Both the position numbers and the translations under genes were made by a program. 64,000 bases of DNA, taken from NCBI GenBank assembly GCA_963704285.1, contig OY969886.1, forward strand, positions 1,854,234 to 1,918,233, given 5' to 3'. The stretch is from an uncultured Acidobacteriota bacterium (GTDB taxonomy: Bacteria > Acidobacteriota > Terriglobia > Terriglobales > Acidobacteriaceae). Under the pieces are notes generated by a model. The model was not told the DNA's origin, made no database searches, and saw only the letters and a program-made list of their open reading frames with translations. Below, in pieces: positions 9,317-17,763 of the stretch; position 1 is the first letter of the stretch, and each line of letters opens with the position of its first letter.

Positions 9317-9393
9317 TGGCGCGCCCGAAGGGACTCGAACCCCTGACCTATTGCTCCGGAGGCAATCGCTCTATCCAACTGAGCTACGGGCGC
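9317..9393 (-). tRNA. tRNA-Arg (anticodon CCG)
   Basis: Hand-folded cloverleaf: GCGCCCG/CGGGCGC acceptor, anticodon loop CTCCGGA, T-loop TTCGAGT, encoded CCA. Confidence 0.9.
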
Positions 9394-9469
9394 GCACGTG
9401 GCAATTATACCGTCCTACCGGCGGGTGCACTAGCCGGCGTCCCCGCCGCGGGTTGGCTCCATCTGCGGG

Positions 9470-9498
9470 TTGACATCCACCGCGGTTCGAGATAGCTT
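9470..9498 (+). promoter_or_regulatory. Candidate promoter TTGACA-N17-TAGCTT with about 240-nt leader before the RRM gene
   Basis: TTGACA 9470..9475 and TAGCTT 9493..9498. Confidence 0.4.
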
Positions 9499-9744
9499 GA
9501 AGGCGGAGCGAGCAGCGTTCCCTCTCCTCTTTCAGAATCTTCTGAGCTAAGTCAGACCCATCTGAAGTTTGTCCTCCTTAGCCCAACCACAGCCCTGAAA
9601 GACGGGCGCCCAAGGGTGCCTCTCAGGATCAACGAGCCCAATGCGCCAGCGCCATGCCGGGGGCCCGGGAAGCTGCCTTCTTCTGTTTGTGCCGCCCACC
9701 CGCGCCCTATGGACTGTACGCCGCAAGGCCTCGGAAAGGAAAAC

Positions 9745-10077
9745 ATGAAGAAGATTTTCGTAGGCAACCTCTCGTTCAACATGACCGATGCAGAGCTACG
9801 GTCGATGTTCGAGCCATACGGAGCGGTGGAGAGCGTGTTGATTGTGACCGACCGCAATACCGGCCGGTCGCGCGGCTTCGCCTTCGTCGAAATGGCGGAC
9901 AATGCTGCGGCTGACCAGGCGATCACAGCTCTCAACGGCAAGGATCTGGGAGGGCGAACCCTGACCGTGAACGAGGCCCGCCCCAAGATGGAGCGTGGCG
10001 GTTCACGCGGCGGCGGCGGCGGGCGACGGGATGATTACCGTGGCCATGCGCGCCAGCCGCGGGAACCCCGCTGGTAA
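9745..10077 (+). CDS. RRM-type RNA-binding protein with Gly/Arg-rich tail
   Basis: MKKIFVGNLSF (RNP2) and RGFAFVEM (RNP1). SD GGAAAGGA precedes ATG 9745. Confidence 0.85.
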   Translation: MKKIFVGNLSFNMTDAELRSMFEPYGAVESVLIVTDRNTGRSRGFAFVEMADNAAADQAITALNGKDLGGRTLTVNEARPKMERGGSRGGGGGRRDDYRGHARQPREPRW

Positions 10078-10143
10078 GGTCGGGCGCCCCCAACCCCATT
10101 GCTTCGAAGCCGCCCCGGCGAACTGGCCTGTGGGAGGTCTCGA

Positions 10144-10911
10144 CTACGAGCCCAGCAACACCATGGGCATGGTCGGGGTCGCGGAGCCGCCTTCCGGCTC
10201 GATGGTCACGGCAAAGGTCTTGGCTTCCACGCCCGGCAACATGGGCGGCATCATCACCATGGCGTTGCCCTTGGGATCGGGTTTGAAGGTGCCGGCGGGC
10301 ATGGGCTTGTCGCCCGCCGCGGCGGGCACCAGCCACAGCTCGTAGGTCTTCTCGGGTGCCAGCGGCGCCAGGTTGCTGGCCATGAACACCAGGGCGCCGT
10401 TACGCGGCATGTAGATGGCTTTGCCCGCGGGCTGCGGCTTCGACTGCGCCGCCACCAGCGTGACGTGCATGGCGCTGGGATCGGTGAGCAGGGCCAGCAG
10501 GTGCTTGGCTTCCTCGAAAGTGCCCTGGTTGCGCGCGGCGTCCGCTTTCAGCGCCACGATGCGGTCCCGCTGGCTTGCGTTCTCCCGCCACAACAGGATT
10601 GCAAAAATCGCCAGCACCAGCGAGGCGAACACCGGGGCCAGGGTCCACCAGCGGCGGCGCATGAGGACGGTGCGCAACGAGCGCGGCTCGTGCCCGATGG
10701 CTTTCAGCAGCCGCTGCCGGGCGCGCTGCGGCGGAGCCGGGCCGGACGTGGTGAGCGCCAGCAGCGCCATGTCGCCCTGGAGCCGCGCCAACTCCTGGCG
10801 GCAGGCGGCGCACTCATCGAGATGCTGCTCCAGCGAGACCACTACCTCACCTTCGAGCGAGCCCAGCGCGTACAGCGCCAGGTCTTCGGCGAATTGTTCG
10901 TGTGCCGTCAT
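10144..10911 (-). CDS. Anti-sigma factor (zf-HC2 N-terminus, single TM, RskA-like C-terminal domain)
   Basis: HLDECAACRQEL motif, TM WWTLAPVFASLVLAIFAILLW, C-terminal YELWLVP...TFAVTIEPEGG. 4-nt overlap with the sigma gene. Confidence 0.75.
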   Translation of the reverse strand: MTAHEQFAEDLALYALGSLEGEVVVSLEQHLDECAACRQELARLQGDMALLALTTSGPAPPQRARQRLLKAIGHEPRSLRTVLMRRRWWTLAPVFASLVLAIFAILLWRENASQRDRIVALKADAARNQGTFEEAKHLLALLTDPSAMHVTLVAAQSKPQPAGKAIYMPRNGALVFMASNLAPLAPEKTYELWLVPAAAGDKPMPAGTFKPDPKGNAMVMMPPMLPGVEAKTFAVTIEPEGGSATPTMPMVLLGS

Positions 10912-11457
10912 GCGTTCAAAGCCCGGCGCAGCGCCACCAGCCCCGCGCGGATGCGCGTCTTCACTGTCCCCAGCGGCTCCCCGGTTTCGGCGGCGATCTC
11001 CGTGTGCGTCATGCCTTCAAAGAAAGCCATCTCCAGCGCCTTGCGCTGATTGTCCGGCATGGCATGCAGGCTGGCGCGCACCTTCTCCACCGCGCGGGCG
11101 CGCTCGGCCGTGCCCTCGAGGTCGGCCTCGATGGCGATTACGACATCTTCCAGGTCGGTCTGCGGCCGGCGTTTGCGGAGGGCGTCAATGGCACGGGTGT
11201 CGCGCGACCACTGCCAGCCACGGTCCCAGGCTGCCGCGGCGGGCGTCGAAGCTTGCGGGATGCCGCCACAACTGCATGAACACTTCCTGCAGCACGTCCT
11301 CGGCCGCGCCGGTGTCGGCGAGCACCCGCAGGGCTACCGAGTACACCAGGGGGGAGTAGCGGTCGTACAGTTCCGCCATCGCATCCTGCTCCCCGGAGCG
11401 GATGCGGGCGATCAGCGCCGCGTCGGCGGAACCGGGTTGTAGCCCCGCAGTGCTCAA
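10908..11457 (-). pseudogene. ECF (sigma-70 family) sigma factor with apparent frameshift at 11200..11209
   Basis: Region 2 (MAELYDRYSPLVYSVALRVL...DVLQEVFMQLW) lies in ORF 11185..11577. Region 4 (QRKALEMAFFEGMTHTEIAAETGEPLGTVKTRI) lies in ORF 10908..11090. The frames join at GTCGCGCGAC. TTG start at 11457 is proposed. Confidence 0.7.
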
Positions 11458-11503
11458 CGCGCTCTCTTGTGAAGTACGTGATAGGGGCCGGCGCAGATTG
11501 CCG

Positions 11504-11529
11504 GACGTGCCCGTCGCAGCAACGTTAGC
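11504..11529 (-). promoter_or_regulatory. Possible ECF-type promoter GCTAAC-N16-CGTC upstream of the sigma gene
   Basis: Minus strand reads GCTAAC gttgctgcgacgggca CGTC. This resembles the GGAAC-N16-CGTC class only loosely. Confidence 0.2.
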
Positions 11530-11573
11530 AGCAATCGCCGGGCGCAACAAGCGATGGAAACCGGGGAAAAACG

Positions 11574-11623
11574 CCACGGATTTTCACGGATCATTAGGGA
11601 TTGATTCTCGGTGTTCATCTGTG
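11574..11623. repeat. Degenerate copy of family C (phased CACGGAT heptamers)
   Basis: CCACGGATTTTCACGGATCATTAGGGAT... aligns with 26366..26437. Confidence 0.6.
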
Positions 11624-11689
11624 CCCCGAGTTACAATCGGCATGCAACAAAGTCGTTGCCGCACTGCTCTAACAGCGAGGAGGTCATCG

Positions 11690-11959
11690 ATGAAGGACTG
11701 GAAGCGGGCCTTGATCTTCGGTTCTCTGGGGGCGAGCGCATTCCTGCTGGTGACCGGCCGCAAGCCGGCAGCGGGGGTGCTGGCGGGAGTGGGCCTGGCG
11801 GCATTGGCCTCCGAATACCCCGAGCACATGCAGCGCCTGTGGGAGCGCGCTCCGGAGTACGTCAACAAGGGCAACCAGGTCCTGAGCAGGGCTGCCACTT
11901 TCCTGGAGCGTTTGGCCGAGCACCGCGTCCTGCGCGAAGGCTCGCCCTACGTCGTCTAG
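11690..11959 (+). CDS. Hypothetical small membrane protein
   Basis: ATG 11690 preceded by GAGGAGG. MKDWKRALIFGSLGASAFLLVTG... contains two hydrophobic helices. Confidence 0.4.
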   Translation: MKDWKRALIFGSLGASAFLLVTGRKPAAGVLAGVGLAALASEYPEHMQRLWERAPEYVNKGNQVLSRAATFLERLAEHRVLREGSPYVV

Positions 11960-11968
11960 CCCGTACCG

Positions 11969-12694
11969 GTGAAAACACGGCACGTCATTCAGCTTATTCT
12001 GGCCATTGCGCTGGTAGCGGCGGCGCTGCGGCTGGGACTGGTTTACTACCAGCGCCACGTCCCCGCCCCGAGTCCTGCCGCGCAGCCGCTGACCGCACTC
12101 GATCCCGATTACTACGTCGTCCCCAAGAAGCTGCACGCCTACGACTTGAAGACTGCCCGGCTGGGGATGGTGGGACATTCCCCCTGGGTCCGCGAAGGCT
12201 ACAAGTTCACCTACTACCGCTACGACTCAAGCCGTCGCCACACCGACTTTGTGCATCCTGCCGGGCTGCTGTTGCCGCTTGAGCAACTCGATATACGGGA
12301 CGTCGTCCAGACGCCACCGCCGGCTGCCGGCGAGCTGCCGCAAATCGTCGCCGTCTTCGCGAAAGGCGGCCAGGACTTTGCCGTTCCCATCGGGGCTCGC
12401 CGCGGCGAGGATTACACCATCTATGCCGACGACATGCTGTTCTTCGAAGATCCGCACCAGCTCTACCGCCACTGGGCGCCGCAGGTGTGGCAAGCCGTGG
12501 ACCGCCATCAGGTGCAGCCGGGCATGAACGAGATCCAGGCTACGTTTGCGCTGGGCATGGGAATCCCGCAGCCGGCGGGCGACCAGCCGGGGAAGACCGT
12601 CGTCTATCCCAACGGCGGCCATCCGACTACCATCATCTTCCGCGCCGGCAAGGCCGTCGAGATCCGGATGGAAAGCGCTTCTTCGCCCCGCTGA
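11969..12694 (+). CDS. Hypothetical membrane-anchored protein
   Basis: 241-aa ORF with N-terminal TM IQLILAIALVAAALRLGLVYY. No family recognised. Confidence 0.45.
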   Translation: MKTRHVIQLILAIALVAAALRLGLVYYQRHVPAPSPAAQPLTALDPDYYVVPKKLHAYDLKTARLGMVGHSPWVREGYKFTYYRYDSSRRHTDFVHPAGLLLPLEQLDIRDVVQTPPPAAGELPQIVAVFAKGGQDFAVPIGARRGEDYTIYADDMLFFEDPHQLYRHWAPQVWQAVDRHQVQPGMNEIQATFALGMGIPQPAGDQPGKTVVYPNGGHPTTIIFRAGKAVEIRMESASSPR

Positions 12695-12697
12695 CAT

Positions 12698-12850
12698 TCT
12701 GCCATCAGATACACCGCCAGGCGGGACAGGCCGGCAATGGCGCGCGAGGCGAACGGCGCTCCGTTGTCGCTGCGCACCGCCAGCGGCATCCCGTACTCGC
12801 GGAAGGCAGCCTCGATTTGCAGCCCGGGCGAACCATCCTGGTAAACCCAA
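12698..12850 (-). pseudogene. Relic of an rve-type (DDE integrase core) transposase
   Basis: Minus-frame peptide LQIEAAFREYGMPLAVRSDNGAPFASRAIAGLSRLAVYL matches the ..F...G.P..irtDNG.pFas segment of integrase-core transposases. No N- or C-terminal parts are present. Confidence 0.4.
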
Positions 12851-12948
12851 TCCCTTGTGGCAGCGGGAATTTCAACGTCTAGGCGTCGGGTTCCCCACCT
12901 TCGGCTGCAGCCTGACACCACTCCTGGCACAGAACCTAAAAATTCCTG

Positions 12949-12976
12949 TTGACAGGGCATAACTTAGGTGTAGGAT
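12949..12976 (+). promoter_or_regulatory. dcw operon promoter TTGACA-N16-TAGGAT
   Basis: TTGACA 12949..12954 and TAGGAT 12971..12976, about 185 nt upstream of mraZ. Confidence 0.6.
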
Positions 12977-13020
12977 GTGGAACAAAGTGGTTGAAAGTGG
13001 CGATATGAGATTGTCGGTGG
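12977..13020 (+). promoter_or_regulatory. MraZ-box-like operator: GTGG repeats at 10-bp phasing
   Basis: GTGG at 12977, 12987 and 12997 (exact 10-nt spacing) and again at 13017, immediately downstream of the -10 element. Confidence 0.55.
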
Positions 13021-13159
13021 AGCGCGGTGACTGGGAGTGGGATGAATAACCGACCCCCAAGAAACGACGCCAACGAACCCGAAATCAGCCCGCTTTTGGC
13101 CGTTTTGACCTCCCTTGCAGCCCATAGAAGTTTAGGGAGCCGGGGAGGGGTTGGGAAGT

Positions 13160-13603
13160 ATGTTTCGCGGCAACCATCCAGCCCGCGTGGACGAAAAGGG
13201 ACGGCTCAAGGTCCCTGCGGAATTCAAGCGCGTGGTGGACGAGAAGTACTCGGGCGCTCAGTACTACATCACCAGCCTGGATGGGAAACGCGCACAGATT
13301 TACCCGTTCGAGGAATGGCAACGCCTCGAGGAGAAGCTGGCGCGCCTCTCGACCTTCAACCCGACCAAGAAAAAGTTTCTCGACCGCACCAACTATTACG
13401 GCCAGGTGGTGGAGATGGACAACCAGAGCCGGTTGCTGGTGCCCTCGCTGCTCCGGGAAGCGGCGCAACTGAAGGGCGAAGTGGCCGTGGTGGGCGTGCT
13501 GACCTATCTGGAAGTCCGCAACCTGGAGGCGTACCGCAAGGAGATCGAAGAGAACGCATTCACGGCTGAGGATGAGGCGACTCTCGACGGGTTGGGCATA
13601 TAG
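13160..13603 (+). CDS. mraZ: Transcriptional regulator MraZ
   Basis: MFRGNHPARVDEKGRLKVPAEF... with a second SpoVT/AbrB-like half, DNQSRLLVPSLLRE. First gene of the dcw cluster. Confidence 0.9.
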   Translation: MFRGNHPARVDEKGRLKVPAEFKRVVDEKYSGAQYYITSLDGKRAQIYPFEEWQRLEEKLARLSTFNPTKKKFLDRTNYYGQVVEMDNQSRLLVPSLLREAAQLKGEVAVVGVLTYLEVRNLEAYRKEIEENAFTAEDEATLDGLGI

Positions 13604-13605
13604 CG

Positions 13606-14565
13606 GTGGACGAGGAGTTTGGGGATGCAGACGCCCCCAAGCGGGGCGGGCGTGGTGGCAGGGCGGAAGTTGGCCACGCTCCGGTTCTTTTACAAGAAGC
13701 GATCGACTTTTTAGCCATCCGGCGCGGTGGAACCTGTATCGACGCGACCCTCGGTTGGGCCGGGCACAGTTACGAAATCGCAAGACGCCTCGGCGCACCG
13801 GGTCGTTTGATTGGCTTCGATAAGGATCCCGCAGCGCTGGAGATCGCGCGCCGGCATCTGGACCGGCCGCCCGCGGAACTCGCGGGCGACTGGCCGCAGA
13901 TCGAGCTGGTGAACGAGAGCTTTCGAGAGATCGGCAAGCGCGTTGCGCCCCGCCACGGCGGGGCCGACGGCCTGCTCGCCGACCTCGGGCTGAGTTCGTT
14001 GCAGCTTGAAGATGCCGCGCGGGGATTCAGTTTCCAGGCGGAAGGACCGCTCGACATGCGCATGGACCCGCGCAGCGAGCGTACCGCCGATCAAGTGGTA
14101 AATCGCCTCGACGAGAAAACACTCGCCGATGTGATTTACGAATTCGGTGAGGAAAGGAGGTCGCGGAGAATCGCCAGAGCCATTGTCCGGTCGCGGCCGA
14201 TACGAACGACCACGCATCTTGCTGATGTGATATCGGCCGCGAGCCGGCCAATGAAACGCGGCTCTGAGCGCATCCATCCGGCGACCCGCACTTTCCAGGC
14301 GATCCGAATCTTCGTAAACCGCGAACTGGAAGACCTGGAGGCGCTGCTCGCGAGCGCGCCCCAGGTGCTGAAGCGGGGTGGAAGGCTGGTGATCATCAGC
14401 TTCCACTCGCTGGAAGACCGGAGAGTGAAGGACGCTCTCCGGGAGGGCGAGCGCCGCGGTCTCTACCGGGTGTTGACGAAAAAACCGGTGACCGCCAGCG
14501 CCGCCGAGGTCGGTCGCAATCCAAGATCCCGCAGCGCGAAGTTGCGCGCGGCGGAAAGAGTTTAG
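13606..14565 (+). CDS. rsmH: 16S rRNA (cytosine1402-N4)-methyltransferase RsmH
   Basis: HAPVLLQEAIDFL..GGTCIDATLGWAGHS...DLGLSS.QLED..RGFSF...LRIFVN.ELE motifs. Position after mraZ. Confidence 0.9.
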   Translation: MDEEFGDADAPKRGGRGGRAEVGHAPVLLQEAIDFLAIRRGGTCIDATLGWAGHSYEIARRLGAPGRLIGFDKDPAALEIARRHLDRPPAELAGDWPQIELVNESFREIGKRVAPRHGGADGLLADLGLSSLQLEDAARGFSFQAEGPLDMRMDPRSERTADQVVNRLDEKTLADVIYEFGEERRSRRIARAIVRSRPIRTTTHLADVISAASRPMKRGSERIHPATRTFQAIRIFVNRELEDLEALLASAPQVLKRGGRLVIISFHSLEDRRVKDALREGERRGLYRVLTKKPVTASAAEVGRNPRSRSAKLRAAERV

Positions 14566-14586
14566 CCGGCGGCAAGAACTTCTCCG

Positions 14587-14659
14587 CCGCGGATGTGCGC
14601 GGATTGACGCGGATTTTGAAAGAAGATCTTGATCCGCGTTGATCCGCGTGAATCCGCGG
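14587..14659. repeat. Family C palindrome: three CGCGGAT heptamers at 10-nt phasing on each arm
   Basis: CCGCGGATgtgCGCGGATtgaCGCGGAT...ATCCGCGttgATCCGCGtgaATCCGCGG. Confidence 0.85.
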
Positions 14660-14850
14660 CGAATGAAGTTCAAGCAGAAACAGCAAACAGCATTTGGTTT
14701 GCTAGGGTGGGAAGGCCGGCGGCAAGTTTCGGGACGGCGGTTGCCTCCACACAAACGGGCAAAACGCGGTTCCACAGACCAATCCTTCCTTAGGAGCGGC
14801 GCTGTCCCGAAAAACTTTTCAGGGGCTGGGTAGGCACACGGAGGTGGACG

Positions 14851-15015
14851 ATGTACACGGGAACCATGATCGAAGACTTGATCGCGACGGTCGAGCGCGC
14901 CGAGTGCTGGGCCACGGCGGAACCGGCGGAGATCCTGCGGGATGAGGATCTCGACCTGCCGGTGGCTTACCTGCTCGAACAGTCCTACGGCGAACAACTG
15001 GTGGAAGTGGCATAG
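14851..15015 (+). CDS. Possible 54-aa ORF between rsmH and ftsL
   Basis: Hand-found ORF below the track's length cutoff: GGAGGTGgacgATG, MYTGTMIEDLIATVERAECWATAEPAEILRDEDLDLPVAYLLEQSYGEQLVEVA*. Stop lies 12 nt before the ftsL ATG. Confidence 0.3.
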   Translation: MYTGTMIEDLIATVERAECWATAEPAEILRDEDLDLPVAYLLEQSYGEQLVEVA

Positions 15016-15026
15016 GAGCATCATCC

Positions 15027-15494
15027 ATGGGCACCCTGGCAGCACCTGCAGCAGTACGGCGGCAGTCACGCGGCGTTACCCCGGAGATTTACTTCGCGAA
15101 GCGCATCGACAACTCGCGCCTGGTGAAGGTGAGCGATCCCAAGCACAACCGCGAGATGGCTATGTTCTTCGGCGCCACCGTGCTGCTGTTCCTGCTGGTG
15201 ATGGTGTATGCCTGGCAGCACTTCAGCGCCATCGAGTGCGGCTACCGAGTCGAGCAGTTACGCGCCCAGCGCGACGGCCTGGTGGAGATGAACCGGGCGC
15301 TGCGGCTGGAAGAGGCGTCGTTGCGCGACCCGCAACGTATCGACCTGCTGGCGCGCCAGATGGGACTGGCGGCGCCCCAAGCGGGACAGGTGGTGCGCCT
15401 CGACGGTGGCGGCGACAGTATCGATCCGGGGGCTCCGGTGATGGCGCGCGTCTCCGACGCCGTGCGCAACCTGGCCGTGGTTTCGCCGCAATAA
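15027..15494 (+). CDS. ftsL: Cell division protein FtsL-like
   Basis: Single TM (MFFGATVLLFLLVMVYAW) followed by a coiled-coil-like segment. Sits in the canonical position between rsmH and ftsI. Confidence 0.65.
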   Translation: MGTLAAPAAVRRQSRGVTPEIYFAKRIDNSRLVKVSDPKHNREMAMFFGATVLLFLLVMVYAWQHFSAIECGYRVEQLRAQRDGLVEMNRALRLEEASLRDPQRIDLLARQMGLAAPQAGQVVRLDGGGDSIDPGAPVMARVSDAVRNLAVVSPQ

Positions 15495-15522
15495 TTTTTT
15501 TTGAGCTAATGGTTTGAGGGTG

Positions 15523-15555
15523 CCCCACCCTTGGCCGGTTTTGCCAAGGGTGGGG
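15523..15555. repeat. Family D hairpin CCCCACCCTTGGCCGGTTTTGCCAAGGGTGGGG
   Basis: Identical core to 6834..6866. Lies between ftsL stop and ftsI start, preceded by a T8 run. Confidence 0.8.
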
Positions 15556-15578
15556 TTGTCTCGTCGAGTAAGCTGGAA

Positions 15579-17744
15579 ATGTCTGCCTTCACTCGCCTGC
15601 GCGCATTCCTTGCAAGACCTTCTGCCCGTTTCCGCAAGTCTTCACCTTGGGACAGCAGACGCCGCCTTTACGCGCTGAGCGGGATTCTTGTCTTGTGGAT
15701 CGGTGCTATCGGGCTGCGGCTGGTCGACCTGGAAGTGCTCCGCTACGGCGACTTCACGCAACGCGCCCAGCGCCAGCAGCAGCGCACCATCGAGGTCTCG
15801 CCGCGGCGGGGCATCATCTACGACCGCCACGGGCGCGAACTGGCCATGTCGGTGATGGTGGATTCGGTCTTCGCGGTGCCGGCGGAAGTCCCCGACCAGG
15901 CCGGCACGGCGGCTCTGCTCGGGCGCATCCTGAACGTGGATTCCCGCGAGGTTGTCGCCCGCATGAAGGCCTCGCGCGCCTTCTGCTGGGTGGCGCGCAA
16001 AGTGGACGCCGACCTGGCAGCGCGCATCCGAGCGCTGAACCTGAAGGGCATTTACTTCCAGAAGGAGCCCAAGCGCTTTTACCCGAAGCGCGAGCTGGCG
16101 GCGCAGGTCCTGGGCTACGTGGGCATGGACGACGAGGGCCTGGGCGGGATTGAGCGCGTGTACGACGAGCACCTGCGCGGGATGCCGGGCAAGATGCTCA
16201 TCAGCCTGGACGCGCGCCGGCGCTGGTTCGGGCGGGTGGAACGCCAGCCCGATCCCAGCCAGAACGTGGTGCTCACCCTCGACCAGAACATCCAGTACAT
16301 CGCCGAGCGCGAGCTGCAGACCGCCATGGAGCAGACCAAGGCGGTGGCGGGCACCATCATCGTCACCAATCCGCACAGCGGCGAAGTGCTGGCGCTGGCC
16401 AATCGTCCGACCTTCAATCCCAACATCTTTAATAAAGTTCCGACGGCATTCCTGAAGAACCACGCGGTGAGCGACGTCTACGAGCCCGGCTCGACCTTCA
16501 AGATGGTGACCGTCGCCGCCGCGCTGGAAGAGAAGCTCACCAGGCCCGAGGAGCTGGTCGACTGCCAGATGGGCGCCATCGTGATCGGCGGCATGCGCAT
16601 CCGCGACCACGAGAAGTTCGGCCTCATTCCCGTCACCGACATCATCGCCCGCTCCAGCGACGTAGGCGCCATCAAGCTGGGGCTGCGGCTGGGCGAGGAA
16701 CGCTTCGACCACTACATCCGCGCCTTCGGCGTCGGAGCGCAAACCGGCATCGAACTGCCCGGGGAGACGCGCGGGCTGGCCAAGCCGGTGAACCGCTGGT
16801 CGAAGGTTTCGATTGGCGCCATTTCCATGGGGCAGGAGATCGGCATCTCCGCGGTGCAACTGGCGGGGCTGATCTCGACCATCGCTAACGACGGCGTCTG
16901 GCAGGCGCCGCACATCGTGGCCGCGCCGCAGGGAGGACTGCGCGAAGCTGCTGATCATCCCGGCAGCGCACCGCCGGCGGAACAGCGGCGGGTCATCTCC
17001 AACCTGACCGCGGCGCAGATGAAGATGATGCTGCAGCAGGTGGTGCTGCGCGGCACCGGCCGCAAGGCGCAACTGGACGGCTTCAGCGCCGCCGGCAAGA
17101 CCGGCACGGCGCAGAAGGTTGATCCCTCGACTGGCGCCTATTCGCGCTCGAAATACGTGGCTTCCTTCGCCGGCTTCGCGCCCATCAACAATCCTGCGCT
17201 GACGGTGGTGGTGATCCTCGATTCCGCCGTGGGCCTGCACCAGGGCGGACAGGTCTGCGCGCCGGTCTTCCAGCGCGTGATGCAGCAGGCGCTCGAGTAC
17301 CTGAACGTGCCGCATGACACGGACGTCAAGGCGCCCAGCCGCCGTGCGCTTCAGACCAAGCTCAAAGACTCCGACTTGGACGAGAGTTCCCCCGACCGGC
17401 TGGCCGGCGGTTTGGAGATGGCAGTGGCGGACATGCCCGCCACGAAACCGGCCGCCGCTTCGGCCCCGACAGCAGTGCAGACGGCCTCCCGCGCGCCGGC
17501 GGCAGCCGCCCCGCTGCCAGCGAGCCCCGCGCCCGCATCGGGAACGGTGGTGGTGGACGTCGAGAGCGGCGGCTTGGTGGTTCCATCGCTGATCGGCAAG
17601 CCGGTGCGCGCGGCCGTCGAACTGGCGCAGGAAACTGGCTTCGAGATCGACGTGCTGGGCGACGGCGTGGCCCGCGAGCAGGCGCCAGCGCCGGGTACGC
17701 GTATCGCTCCCGGCGGCCGCGTGGCGGTGCGCTTTTCGCCGTGA
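15579..17744 (+). CDS. ftsI: Peptidoglycan D,D-transpeptidase FtsI (class B PBP) with C-terminal PASTA domain
   Basis: STFK, SSD(SxN-like), KTGT motifs. PBP dimer domain. C-terminal VPSLIGKPVRAAVELAQETGFEIDVLGDG is PASTA-like. Confidence 0.85.
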   Translation: MSAFTRLRAFLARPSARFRKSSPWDSRRRLYALSGILVLWIGAIGLRLVDLEVLRYGDFTQRAQRQQQRTIEVSPRRGIIYDRHGRELAMSVMVDSVFAVPAEVPDQAGTAALLGRILNVDSREVVARMKASRAFCWVARKVDADLAARIRALNLKGIYFQKEPKRFYPKRELAAQVLGYVGMDDEGLGGIERVYDEHLRGMPGKMLISLDARRRWFGRVERQPDPSQNVVLTLDQNIQYIAERELQTAMEQTKAVAGTIIVTNPHSGEVLALANRPTFNPNIFNKVPTAFLKNHAVSDVYEPGSTFKMVTVAAALEEKLTRPEELVDCQMGAIVIGGMRIRDHEKFGLIPVTDIIARSSDVGAIKLGLRLGEERFDHYIRAFGVGAQTGIELPGETRGLAKPVNRWSKVSIGAISMGQEIGISAVQLAGLISTIANDGVWQAPHIVAAPQGGLREAADHPGSAPPAEQRRVISNLTAAQMKMMLQQVVLRGTGRKAQLDGFSAAGKTGTAQKVDPSTGAYSRSKYVASFAGFAPINNPALTVVVILDSAVGLHQGGQVCAPVFQRVMQQALEYLNVPHDTDVKAPSRRALQTKLKDSDLDESSPDRLAGGLEMAVADMPATKPAAASAPTAVQTASRAPAAAAPLPASPAPASGTVVVDVESGGLVVPSLIGKPVRAAVELAQETGFEIDVLGDGVAREQAPAPGTRIAPGGRVAVRFSP

Positions 17745-17763
17745 CCGTTCGCTCCACGACAAT

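Noticed and set aside
9057-9393. Possible CRISPR-like array (regularly repeated 24-mer)
   Set aside because: There are only three copies, and the repeat is the tRNA 3' end itself. The spacers (94-118 nt) are made of dispersed repeat-family sequence, and no cas genes are present.
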